Shown here: positions 1-10,573 of the stretch, piece after piece
Layout of the letters: the number at the start of each line of letters is the position of its first letter
Position numbering within the stretch: position 1 is the first letter of the stretch
Assembly: GCA_000934665.2 (NCBI GenBank)
Contig: JYFJ02001668.1
Span: 1 to 64,000 of the forward strand
Reading direction: 5' to 3'
DNA: 64,000 nucleotides
DNA from: Catajapyx aquilonaris
Taxonomy: Eukaryota
Notes under the pieces: generated by a model
The model's input: the letters and a program-made list of their open reading frames with translations, nothing else
Database searches by the model: none
What the model was told of the DNA's origin: nothing
Translations under genes and position numbers: made by a program

Positions 1-425
1 GCAGCAGACTTCGTGAAAATAATTTTTTTTGAGCATTTAGACTAAAAAAAGTGCCGTTTTCAGATTTATTCTGGTGTTTGTTTGACAAGCTCTACCAGCA
101 TACCAAATTTCAGCATCCTAGGACCACTGGAAGTGCCGTATAATTTTGATGATCAGTCAGTGAGTGAGTGAGTCAGTCAGTGTCATATTTTGGTTATTTC
201 GGGAGTTTTTAGGATTTTTTAAGTCGGAAATGAAAAGAGATATGAACATGGAAGTAAGGGGGTATTATTTTTAATCGATTTTTATCTACCCAAATAAAAA
301 TTTTGAAGCCACGTGTGTTCACCAGTGCGAAGATTCGAGGGGGTCAAAATGACGTGAGTTGTGTCGGGTAAAGGTGGTCCGGCAGTGCGGCGAGAACTTG
401 GCGGGGGCACTGCCGTGCCCCCTAA
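1..425 (+). mobile_element. 3' part of a non-autonomous Helentron-associated (HINE/DINE-1-like) rolling-circle element, truncated by the window start
   Basis: Core motif TACCAAATTTCAG (~101-113), an internal (CAGT)/(GAGT) tetranucleotide microsatellite (~153-182), and a terminal GC-rich hairpin GGGGGCAC-TGCC-GTGCCCCC (403-422) followed by AT-rich sequence. This layout matches DINE-1/HINE-type elements. Family assignment is by architecture only. Confidence 0.5.
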
Positions 426-1201
426 TATTAATACAGTAGTATTAATAGGCATGCAAAACTATTCAGTGTCCGATGTTACCGTAAAAAAGCAGAAATCCCG
501 GCTTAAAAATTCAGTATTCTTTAAGGTTGGAGAGAGCGTAATCTATCCTGTACAATTGAAAGTTGAGCATAATCACTTACAGGACAAGTTACATGCTTGA
601 GCAGTAAAAATAGGAGGCTGAGTTCGAGATGGCAACTTCTCAGGGGTGCTTGCTTCAGTAAACTCAAATCGCTTATTTCTTGGCTATTCAGGGACTGTGC
701 TTGGGCGTAAACCGCCGAGTCATCAAACCATTTTTGTTTTGAGAGGCACAAAGAGCTAAAGGAAAGTATATCTATGATACGCCATTCCTGGGTCAGCAAA
801 CTTGAATCTGTATCACATGTAGATGACCTTTTCCAAAACCCTTCGCAACGTAGTTCATAGACATAAATGCTTTGAAAGCAAAACTGCAAGTTTCGTCGAG
901 TTAGATGTTGACCACAAGCACGAGAGGAAGCGATTTAAGCCCGGCTTATTGAAGCAGGACCATCTCCTCATCCCAAAGTTACCAAATGAATACTGCGTGA
1001 GACAGATTACCATTCAACATGTGCTGTGGGCTCAGGGCTGGCAACAAAACCCCTGGAAGGTGGACTCGCGCGGCTTACAGTCGTTGCCTAGGCATCAGGA
1101 TATGAGCACCTAAAATGCCACCAATCCTGTTGCACATAAAAATTCATGCAAAATATCATCTAAAAAACAGATTTAGTCATTCTAATGAACTCTAAGGCCC
1201 C

Positions 1202-1315
1202 TAGTCTGGTGACCCCAGGTAGCGGGCAATCACCATGGCAACATATGTAAAAGGATAGCAGTAGGCTAAACAACAAGTTACCCCAGGGGGCAAGCTACCC
1301 AGGGTCACCAGACTA
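1202..1315. mobile_element. Small MITE (~110 bp) with ~22-bp terminal inverted repeats and probable TA target duplication
   Basis: TAGTCTGGTGACCCCAGGTAGC (1202-1223) versus GCTACCCAGGGTCACCAGACTA (1294-1315), 2 mismatches; TA at both outer ends. Confidence 0.65.
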
Positions 1316-1366
1316 TATACCTAGATCTCGATGTCACTGCTCGGGTAAGAAGGTAAATAAACGCCT

Positions 1367-1390
1367 ACAACAACAACAACAACAACAACA
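1367..1390 (+). repeat. (ACA)8 microsatellite
   Basis: Read directly; preceded by AATAAA at ~1356-1361. Confidence 0.9.
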
Positions 1391-1482
1391 TAGAAACATG
1401 GCGTTGGCTGGTTACCGGACCAGGGACACATGCAGCAATATTATCATGTCAAGGTGCATATAATATGTTCATGTGTTTATCG

Positions 1483-2221
1483 GATTTAATTGTTGGAACC
1501 AACAATGGATTTGGGCGTGCACAAGAGGCAAGAGAAGATAGTCCGGGCCCTAGGCGTTTTAACTTTGCGCTTTGTGATAAGAAGGTGCCACTTGGCACAC
1601 ATGTTCCCTAGGCCTATAGGATTCATTTGAGAGTTGGCGGCACCTGATCGGCCCCTTAGGTCTCGAGTTATGCGGTGTTGCCAACCTGGTCCGCTACCTA
1701 CGGTAAGCGTTTTTAACGGTTTTTAACTTTGCATTTTGTGATAAGAAGGGGCCACTTGGCATACATGTTCTTTAGCCCTATAGGAGCTATTTGAGATGGC
1801 GGCACCGGATCGGCCCCTTAGGGCATATACTCCAGTTTACACAAAATTCCGCAATTGATATGTTTCGCTATACTCAGGGTCTGTTATGGACATGTGGCAC
1901 CTCATTACCTTGTAATACATAGGCATAGTGGATCTGTATAATTTTCTGCCATTCTCATGCAGTTTTATCCGACTTTTATGACATTTTCATGTTTTGACCT
2001 AAGGGGCCGATCAGGTGCCGCCAACTCTCAAATTAATCTTATAGGCCTAGGGAACATGTGTATAAAGTGGCACCTTCTTATCACAAAGTGCAAAGTTAGG
2101 CCTGTTTTTTGCGTTTAGGTCCCGGACTAGGCGAAGAATCGCCCGCTCTCCTGCTCCGAGCATAATATTCCCACCACTCGTGCACGGCCAAAAATATGTT
2201 GTTACTTCCAACAATTCAATC
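1483..2221. repeat. Degenerate outer inverted-repeat pair (~45 bp arms) enclosing the 1539-2129 element; possible older MITE
   Basis: GATTTAATTGTTGGAACCAACAATGGATTTGGGCGTGCACAAG (1483-1525) aligns with the reverse complement of 2177-2221 (GATTGAATTGTTGGAAGTAACAACATATTTTTGGCCGTGCACGAG), with several mismatches and small gaps. Confidence 0.5.
1539..2129. mobile_element. Non-autonomous TIR element with ~125-bp inverted arms, TAGTCCGGG...CCCGGACTA ends and an internal tandem copy of the arm unit
   Basis: 1539-1663 is an inverted match to 1996-2129. 1557-1660 recurs in direct orientation at ~1721-1822. TA at both ends; no ORF. Confidence 0.75.
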
Positions 2222-2328
2222 ATGTTAAGTTTAGGCTAACAATATTATTTTAGTAGTTCGAAAGAGCCTAATTTCTATATATCTATAAATAAGAATGTTT
2301 GTGAGTTTGTGAGTTTGTTTGTCCCTTA

Positions 2329-2763
2329 TAGAAATCCAGGGGAAGTCCCATACACCGCCTTAAACTAGCTCATCGGGGGTTACATTTTTCGAGGAATTTA
2401 ACGCCGCATGTTTTAGCTCCCGAAAATGAGCCTAACTCCCACAACATCCGTAACTCCACTCACTGCGCTCTTTAACAATATTACCACATTTCAAATATCC
2501 ATGGAGATGTCCTCACTATATAGTACAGAGTAATTCGTGAGATTTTGAAGACAAGAATGGGGACTTGTTAACTACACTGTTTTTGTTTGTGAGCATTTCC
2601 AAGGCAACTCAAGAAGTGAGAAGTTCCAGAATTGCATTGTCGGGACACCAGATTGACCCCATTTACAGGTAATGCAAAACTTTGGCTTATTGCTTTCAAT
2701 AACTACACAATGACCCATAAGGACAGTTTTAAGGCAGTGTAGGGGCATTCCCCTGGATTTCTA
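2329..2763. mobile_element. MITE-like element (~430 bp) with ~40-bp imperfect TIRs, TA-flanked
   Basis: ATAGAAATCCAGGGGAAGTCCCATACACCGCCTTAAACT (from 2328) versus the reverse complement of 2724-2764 (ATAGAAATCCAGGGGAATGCCCCTACACTGCCTTAAAACT); the first 17 bp are perfect. Confidence 0.65.
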
Positions 2764-2764
2764 T

Positions 2765-4119
2765 TAGTCCGGACGTTAAGGGATTCAACCGTGCATTTGG
2801 TGAAAAAAGCATGAAATTTGGTACAAATGTCCCTGAGAGCATACTCTTCAAATTCAGATATGGCGCCACGCCCGTTTTCGCCCAGGAGGTGGGTTGGCTA
2901 CACTGAAGCGAGTGACAAGTCTTTTTCTGAGCGAACTATGCTTCTTAGGCGGATATGTACCAAACAAATGTTGTGGGGAAACATGTATCCTACAAAAAGT
3001 ATATAGTAACTTTTCCACGTACGGACCGTACTTTCGGAGCTACAGCGACTTGAACCAAATTAAGGGATTGAAAAAAAGTCAGCCGTGCATTGGTGAAATT
3101 TGGTAAAAATGTCCCTGAGACCATACTATTCCAATCCAGATATGGCGCCACGGTCGTTTTCGCCCAGGTGGCCCGTAATTGCGGGTTGGCTACCCTTCAG
3201 CGAGTGAAAAGTCTTTTTTTGAGCGAACTATGCTTCTCAGGAGGAAATGTGCCAAACAAAGGCTGTACAGAAACATGTGTTCTACAAAAATGTATAAGTA
3301 CCTTTTCCACGTAGAGTCCTTATTTTCAGAGCTGCAGTGACTTGAAAAATACTTTTCACTCGCTAAAGAGTAGCCAACCGGCAATTACGGGCCTCCGTGG
3401 CGAAAACGGGGGTGGCGCCACATCTGGATTGGAAGAGTATGGTCTCAGGGACATTCTTACCAAATTTCATGCTTTCATCACCAAAGTGCATGGTTGACCC
3501 TTAATTCCCTTTATTCCATTCCTATGGGTTCAAGTCTCTGTAGCTCTGAAAATAAGGACTCTACGTGGAAAAGATACTTATACATTTTTGTAGAACACAT
3601 GTTTCTGTACAACCTCTGTTTGGCACATTTCCTCCTGAGAAGCATAGTTCGCTCAGAAAAAGACTTTTCACTCGCTGAAGGGTAGCCAACCCGCAATTAC
3701 GGGCCACCTGGGCGAAAACGACCGTGGCGCCATATCTGGATTGGAAGAGTATGGTCTCAGGGACATTTTACCAAATTTCACCAATGCACGGCTGACTTTT
3801 TTTCAATCCCTTAATTTGGTTCAAGTCGCTGTAGCTCCGAAAGTACGGTCCGTGCGTGGAAAAGTTACTATATACTTTTTGTAGGATACATGTTTCCCCA
3901 CAACATTTGTTTGGCACATATCCGCCTAAGAAGCATAGTTCGCTCAGAAAAAGACTTGTCACTCGCTTCAGTGTAGCCAACCCGCCTCCTGGGCGAAAAC
4001 GGGCGTGGCGCCATATCTGAATTTGAAGAGTATGCTCTCAGGGACATTTGTACCAAATTTCATGCTTTTTTCACCAAATGCACGGTTGACCCATTATTCG
4101 TCCCTTAACGTCCGGACTA
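2765..4119. mobile_element. Foldback-type palindromic element: arms 2765-3346 and 3529-4119, each made of two ~284-bp tandem units, TA-flanked
   Basis: Ends TAGTCCGGACGTTAAGGGA / TCCCTTAACGTCCGGACTA. By eye the arms differ at about 10 substitutions and 2 indels over ~580 bp. TTAAGGGA recurs at 2776 and 3060. The spacer 3347-3528 is a partial third unit in inverted orientation. The mirror-image ORFs in the ORF track confirm the symmetry. Confidence 0.85.
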
Positions 4120-7100
4120 TATAGCGGACAAACACACCCACAAACAACCTCATTTATAGATATATGCCTATACCACCATAACATACCCGGGCAAAGCCGG
4201 GTAACCTGCTAGTTATTCATAAGGGAGATGCACACTATTTCCACAACATGGTGAAGCTGTTAATTTACGATCACATTTTACTAAAGACCCTGCATGTAGG
4301 CCTACTTTAGACCACCAAGTGAAGGCAAGTGTAATTCCAGATATATTAGTGTAAAATCTTCAAATTGATTGTAAACATTACCAGCAATATATTATTGATC
4401 AACAAAATATGTAATAAACATTCTAGGGAATTTTAACATTAAAAAGGATTCTTTCTTTGCTACTGTGTATGTGAAAAATACTCTAATTTTTTACTGTCGC
4501 GTTAAACAGTTTTGTGACATGATTATGAGATAAAAAATAAAATTAATATGGCACTGTATAGGACCTTACTTGCGAGAGGTGAAACGATACTGATGGAAGT
4601 CAGTCTTGACTGTGAAATATTTCGTTCACTTCCATATACAATAAACAGTTTTAGCCGGTTTTAGCCCTACATGGCTCTCCTCCCCCGGGGACACTTGCCT
4701 CTCATATAGAGCTAATTCTTCATTGAATAGCCTACGGCCCTGCCTATATGCTGCATACCTCTAGTGTAAAAAAATGATAGGTGATTGCGTAGCTCGTGTT
4801 GGAGAGCAGTATGTAATGCCTCGCGGGTGGCGTGGAGGCCAACGGTCTGGGGCATATGTGATATAAACATTATACCAATACCCTGTTTTCAAAATCATCC
4901 TATATGCCTAGCAGATATAGCACGAAAAAAATATCAAGCTTAGGGCTGGCTATATACACATGAGCGAGCTCATTAATGTCGATTCGCTTTATAATACGCG
5001 ACAAATCTATACATACAGTAATAGCACAGTGCTCTAATTAAATGCTTTTTCCCCTCCTAACCTGACAAAGCACAACTTCCCCTGTTAAATGGCTAATATA
5101 TCGAAAAAATAATCATATTCCATTATCCTCAAAATTCGTCAGATATGCATTACACTGCAATCTCTAATGAATTTTTTGACTTCTTCTGAATCGAATGAAA
5201 ATGGATTTACTCGGTTTTGCAGCTAATCAAGTGAATTATGAAATGGTTTTGTGCTAGAGATAAATAACGATGAAAATTTTACTCCTCGTCTGAATCGTCT
5301 CTGTCCCAGGGTGTACAACTCGATTGCCTCGAAATCGGTTTGGTGCAGTGGAAACAAAAGTGGAAAGGAGCAGCAAAACACAGGCATTTTCCTTCTTTTA
5401 TGCCACCTATAGTGTCCCATTCCATCTATAGCTAGGCGAAAACGAGAGAAAATCTACAGCAACCATCCCCAAGATTTCTGACCCCATAACCTCTCTGAGG
5501 TGTGAATCCTCCCCATTCCATTTCATTTCCCTCTAGAGGATCGCGACTAGATCATCCGGCCGACTTTAATCCAGTTCATTCTTTACAGGATTTGCTCCAG
5601 TGGATTACCGCTGGGCTTAAGGGAGGAAAGCCAGACAAGTGCCGACATTGTGAGCGCACTAACAAAAGCCACGCTTGTTGCAGCTCTTCAAGATTATCAT
5701 ATAACTGTGGGAGTCGAGTCGCAAACCTGTCCGCAGCTCTAGGGTCTCAAACCACCAAAGTGCACCTTGGTAAGCAATCTTTTCAACTCCCAAATTTTCA
5801 CTTAATTTTACGGAATAGGGTAGATGGTTACATCGCACGCGTAATTGCACTGCTGAAACGTAATGGTAGTCACTAAAATTAGTTTATTAATTGGTCATAA
5901 AGCATTGATGCTCACCAGACCATCAAGGTGGAAATGATTATCATTAGAATTTGGGATTAGTCCGCTGCGGTTGAATTGTATAATTTGGCATTAAGATTAG
6001 AGAGCTAAGTGAGTAGGCTACTGTACGTCGTAGCACGGTGCCCAAATCAATTCCAAGCACAAACACCGAGATTACCCCTGTATTTGCCAGTGGTGGTTTT
6101 CAGGTTCTGTGCATTATTCGTGTGCTCAACGCTGCACTGGGTGAAAATTTTAAGTATTACATGTACACATTGAGTCTGGTCAAATATGAACATGTGCCAC
6201 CAACAACCCAGAGTCTAAGTTGGTGGAACTGGTAGTAGGGCACCACATCATCATCCCTCTCTTGTGTCAATATCGGTGCACGTAGGGGGTCTAAAGAGGA
6301 CTTACATCCAGAGGCAGGAGTCCTTCCTGTCCCTTCTTCCTCCCTGCCTCCCACCCCTCCATTAGCGCCTAGCAAGCCTTAGTTACTTTCAAATTCTAAG
6401 CGCGATGGGCAAATAGTGCTTTCCCCCATTTCCCGAGGAATGCAAGTGGGGCGGTGGTCCGGAAGCGTTCCCTATGCCTCTCCGGAGAGAAACCCCTTTT
6501 CCGCCCAACTACTTACGACTGTCGTCCTCAAAGAGCAGGAACTAGCCAGGCTCTCATCCGCCAACGTCATTGTGGCCCAATCCTATTCTCCAAGGCCCGC
6601 TGCTCTCGCTCTCATTTCATGCGATTTCGGTGCAGAACAAAGGCTTCATATCTACGCCCGCTCATGCACCCCCAGCCCACCCACTCTCGACAAATGAGGA
6701 CCGGTTTCGGCTTGTCGGCTCTCTCATACAACGCCCTGGACCATGGGGTGTTATCACGTGGGAGTCAGGGGTACTTGGTCACCGGTGAAAACATCAGGTT
6801 GGTCAGGACTGCTGGGTGGGGACTGCCTTCATCCGGGACATGCACCCCCTCATTCGGAGAGAAGCCAATTCAGTCTGGACACAAGCAGTTTTTTGATAGT
6901 GCTCTGTGCGGTCAACATCTTGACCAACAAATAAAAGCAGCAGCATATATTCACTATTTTTGTGAGATGTAAAAGTAGGCTACAGTCCCGGTTGAGTACA
7001 AAGTTCCTTGGGCCAGCAGACAGGAGCAGTGAAAATGACATGTTTTTATCTGATATCCCTCCCTCAGTCAGCGTATTAATGAAACATCCAGCTATGTGAA

Positions 7101-9280
7101 CACCACGTTTTATCAAAACTGAACAGTGTGTGATGACTGGTCCACCGGACTGGTTAAGTGACTAAGCCCTCGCTCGAGAGGGATCGGAGAGAGGGAAAGG
7201 GGGAGAGGGAGCAGGGGGGAGGTGGGGGAGGGAGGGTGTCCAGCTCCAGAGGCCGGACACCTCCAATACTGCATCGATTCCCTTTATACATATTGAATTG
7301 GGCCCGGACCGCTCCATCAATGCAATGTGCTCGACATGATAAACGCATAAAATTGCATAATTGCTTCGGATTAAATAAATCAAAAGATTAATGCAGTGAG
7401 TAGTTGCTGACGGTGACAATGTATTCCGCGAATATGTATGGCCCTGTTACCAAGGCATCGAACGCATACTGTATGTTAATGGACCCACACATAATGTATA
7501 GGTTCAGGCCAGGCATGCTATAAAACCAGGAGATTTTTTTTCTTAATGCACTTTGCAGAATTTACTACGAGTCCAATCCATTTCAAGGTGCATCTGCTGA
7601 AATGGAATCCAATCATAAAGTACGAACACCTTTCGGTAATACATCCAAATGAAAAGCTCAATATTTCAGCAGATTCCTTCCTCAAGCTCCGTCCCACGAA
7701 TCAATTCGAAATGGGGCGGCCTTGTAAGTGCAGGGTTGGAAAGATGTCAAGAAAAGCGCAGCGAAAGGAAGGGGTTTTTTTACTCCTCGTTACACGTTGT
7801 AACCCACCATAAGAACAGTGATTTATAACTTTTCTCGTGTGGATGCTGTCAGCACATTTATAACTGGCAATATAGATGACACTGCTTCTGAACTTTTTAC
7901 GTGCGTTTTCTTATACGAAAGCAGCGTATCTTATACCATGTGTCTACATCAGTGTCGATCTTAAAATAATGCTAGTTCAATTTTGGCGAAATTCTGATTA
8001 TTCTCATAAGCTATCGCATGACCATGGCGTTGTCCTTGTCACGCAAAACTCCTCCCCTGGCCTAATATCACGATTTAATAAATAACTTCATTCACGCGTG
8101 CCTGGTCAGTTTTTGGTAACATTAATACGAAAAATACACGAAAAACCAGGTATAATAAAATGTTTCCCCTACAATTAGCCCGTTAATACTGGTGTATTAA
8201 TCCGTGACGAAAGTACGTAGTAGGTTGCCTCCACGGCTCATAAGAAATCGCGTGGAGCTTGACGGGAGTAAACAACACAGTAAAGTGCGAGGAATTGACG
8301 TCGTCATCGCCTTGGTGGGACGTTTATGGAAGCCTTCAGATTTCCCTTGGGGTTTTATTAGAGGAGACAGCCAGCAGAGGTTTAGTCCGACTCTTTACAA
8401 GACTCGCATTAAACCATACTCATCCCAACGGCATTACAATTTTCGCCCCAGATAGGATTCGGCCTAAACAAACATGAGTTGGGTGTGTGTGCTCTACTGG
8501 CTCATAATTCATGTAATGGATATCTCCTGTTAATCAGGTAAAAAAAGAAGTAATGCAGCTGCTGGTTATTAGCCTAAATATCCTCATGCAAAGTAGGTAA
8601 ACCATGAACTTGCATGTTGATTCTAGGAAAGAGAGTATATCCTAGCCGAAATCTCTAGGGAAGCATCAACTGGCTTCATCCTGACCACTAGGCCGCGGGA
8701 TGTTCGGATGAGGTGAGGCTAAAATCAATAGGAGCTTGTTTATATGCAAGAGCAGAATCCGGCTACCTTTACTTTTCAGTTTACTTACACGTACCGAGGA
8801 TACCGTGCGTACACACGGACTACCTCTTGCACTATATACAGTATATGCGCCGTGTCTGGCCTGCCTATCACTGTCCTTATCTCCAACGAACCTCTCCTGT
8901 GCATACACTCGCCCCCGTTTGTAACCTCAGTCGTTTATAACCAACTTGTGGACATAGCAAATAAAACACCCTTCCTCTTGATATCGCGTCAAAAGTTGGT
9001 CTTCTTCCTGGATAAGTATCGCCCAGTAAAGTTTGCAGAGCGGGCTAAACTTGTTTCTCAATCATCCCGGTTGCCAAAGTCCTTTTTTTGTCGATGCGTA
9101 CACTAATCATGAAATCATAATTAAGCAACTGACCTGATTAGCAGGACATTGTCAGTCCAGTGTGAAGTCGTAATCCCCCCCAGAGCGACAGGATTTGACG
9201 TTGATACTGGTTGTCAGCTATCGAAGCTAGACAGAGAGGCGTATGCTCCGACTACAGTATTTTGACGAAAATGCAGGCGG

Positions 9281-9354
<74 letters not shown>
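9281..9354 (+). repeat. (AAT)~24 microsatellite
   Basis: Read directly. Confidence 0.95.
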
Positions 9355-9355
<1 letters not shown>

Positions 9356-10020
9356 TAATGGCTAAAATGCCACGCATTTTGTTAATTAGCATAGTGCAAA
9401 AAATGTTAGCAGGTTGTCAGATTAGTGCTAAGCTTCTAACGGATAGACACCACTTGACATCCCATGCAGTAACGTTTCATTATTACCTAACTGCTACCTG
9501 CCTACAGCATCCAGCCAAGTTCGATAACTCCAATGTAGGTGAATTATCCCACGCTTAATTTATGCTTCTTTTTAAAAAATAATTCGAGAGTATGAAACAA
9601 TTTGGCTACCCTAGAAGGTAACAAAAACTGAGCCTCCTATTATCATCCCCATGACAATGATCCGTCGATTTTACACGTGAGTGTTAGTATGGCGAAAAGT
9701 GTTTGCCGAGAGTTGAACGTTAAATACACTGTATCGCCACTATGTTTGCCGGCAATTTCAACCACATAGGACCTGCGTGATCTGCCCTAGCCCATTAATT
9801 ACCATCATGAAAGTCCCAATATGGAGAAAAAAGGGGGGAAGTATGACAAATATTCGTACATGCAGTGCTCCAGGCTAATAGGCCCTTCGGAATAGTTGAA
9901 ACCAGGTTTGACACCCAAACTTATCTCCATGTGCTTGGTAGCCGTAAAAAAGTAGGTCTGTATAGAAGTGGCGCCAGAAAGCGTGCGCCATCAGAATCGT
10001 GGGTCTAGTAGAAGTGGTGT

Positions 10021-10100
10021 GGGGTGGGCTTCGACGCTGGGCTGGGGTGCGCGGGGTGGAGCAGGGAGTAGGGCAGGGTGTGGTGTGGGCAGGGGTGGGG
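10021..10100 (+). promoter_or_regulatory. G-run cluster with G-quadruplex potential, ~400 bp upstream of the putative beat start codon
   Basis: Eleven runs of 3 or more G in 80 bp. A regulatory role is inferred from position only. Confidence 0.3.
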
Positions 10101-10500
10101 CTTTGCTGGCAAAGTCAGAGTGACGAGTCCAACGGGCAGACGGGCCGTCGGAACGATCGTGGAAACGCCGGGTTACTTTCCCAACGTGAACCCCCCTTCT
10201 GACACCCTCTGTTCAGCCTCCGTCTCTAATGAGATTTCCGGATAGGGACGTGACGGAGCATCTCTGAGAAACGCACCCACCTCCTCCTGCCCATCCCATC
10301 CACCCCCTTAGTCCGATCCACCGGATTCATTCTAGATCCGGACTTGGTCCGAGTCAGGTGGTGCGCGTATGGTGAACGTTCGGACCCGGCCTGTAATGTA
10401 CAAGTGTGTTGGATGACCCCCTAAACACGTGTCGGCTGCATGGAAGCGTGAGCCAGCAAGAGAGAGACTAGTGTGGGGCCACCGTTGACGCAGGAAGAAG

Positions 10501-10573
10501 ATGAATCAACAGTTACAAAGTGCATGGCACGCATGGCCCTGGATTATACTAATCCTTCAATTAACGACGTGGG
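10501..10573 (+). CDS. beat: Probable first coding exon (signal peptide) of the Beat-family gene: MNQQLQSAWHAWPWIILILQLTTW
   Basis: ATG with A at -3 (AAGATG), hydrophobic core WPWIILIL, and a consensus donor G|GTAAGT at 10573/10574 in phase 1. The phase matches the acceptor at 50478 (G+AG = Glu), giving ...LTTWEVEG-LKDVHL, a plausible signal-peptidase site. Confidence 0.65.

Larger units (their letters stand above)
2274..4212 (+). mobile_element. Non-autonomous mini-Helitron carrying two nested insertions
   Basis: 5' end TCTATATATCTATAAATAAGAATGTTTGTGAGTTTGTGAGTTTGTTTGTCC; the start is either TC at 2274 or A|TC at 2281/2282. 3' end has the hairpin TACCCGG-GCAAAG-CCGGGTA (4184-4203) followed by CTAG|T (4209-4213). 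These are the canonical Helitron termini (5' TC, subterminal hairpin, 3' CTRR before T). Confidence 0.6.

Noticed and set aside
2818..4056. Eight short ORFs, several forming mirror-image pairs on opposite strands
   Set aside because: They result from the palindrome and tandem units. There are no transposase or other recognisable motifs, and frames are not kept between units.
4787..4860. TAGCTCGTGTTGGAGAGC resembling a tRNA or SINE A box
   Set aside because: No B box (GTTCRA) and no cloverleaf downstream.
6416..6972. Overlapping ORFs up to 172 aa (also 47866-48363 and 56332-57097)
   Set aside because: No recognisable domain or coding-like composition, and ORFs overlap in several frames; treated as chance ORFs in moderately GC-rich non-coding DNA.
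9211..9558. ORF with a poly-Asn tract
   Set aside because: Translation of the (AAT)n microsatellite. The ER/LS-repeat ORFs near 25.5 kb and 54.1 kb are the same artefact from (CT)n and (AG)n.
10309..10343. TAGTCCG...CCGGACT resembling the TAGTCCGG element ends (also at ~27126)
   Set aside because: The matches are short and imperfect and lack paired TA flanks; consistent with chance.
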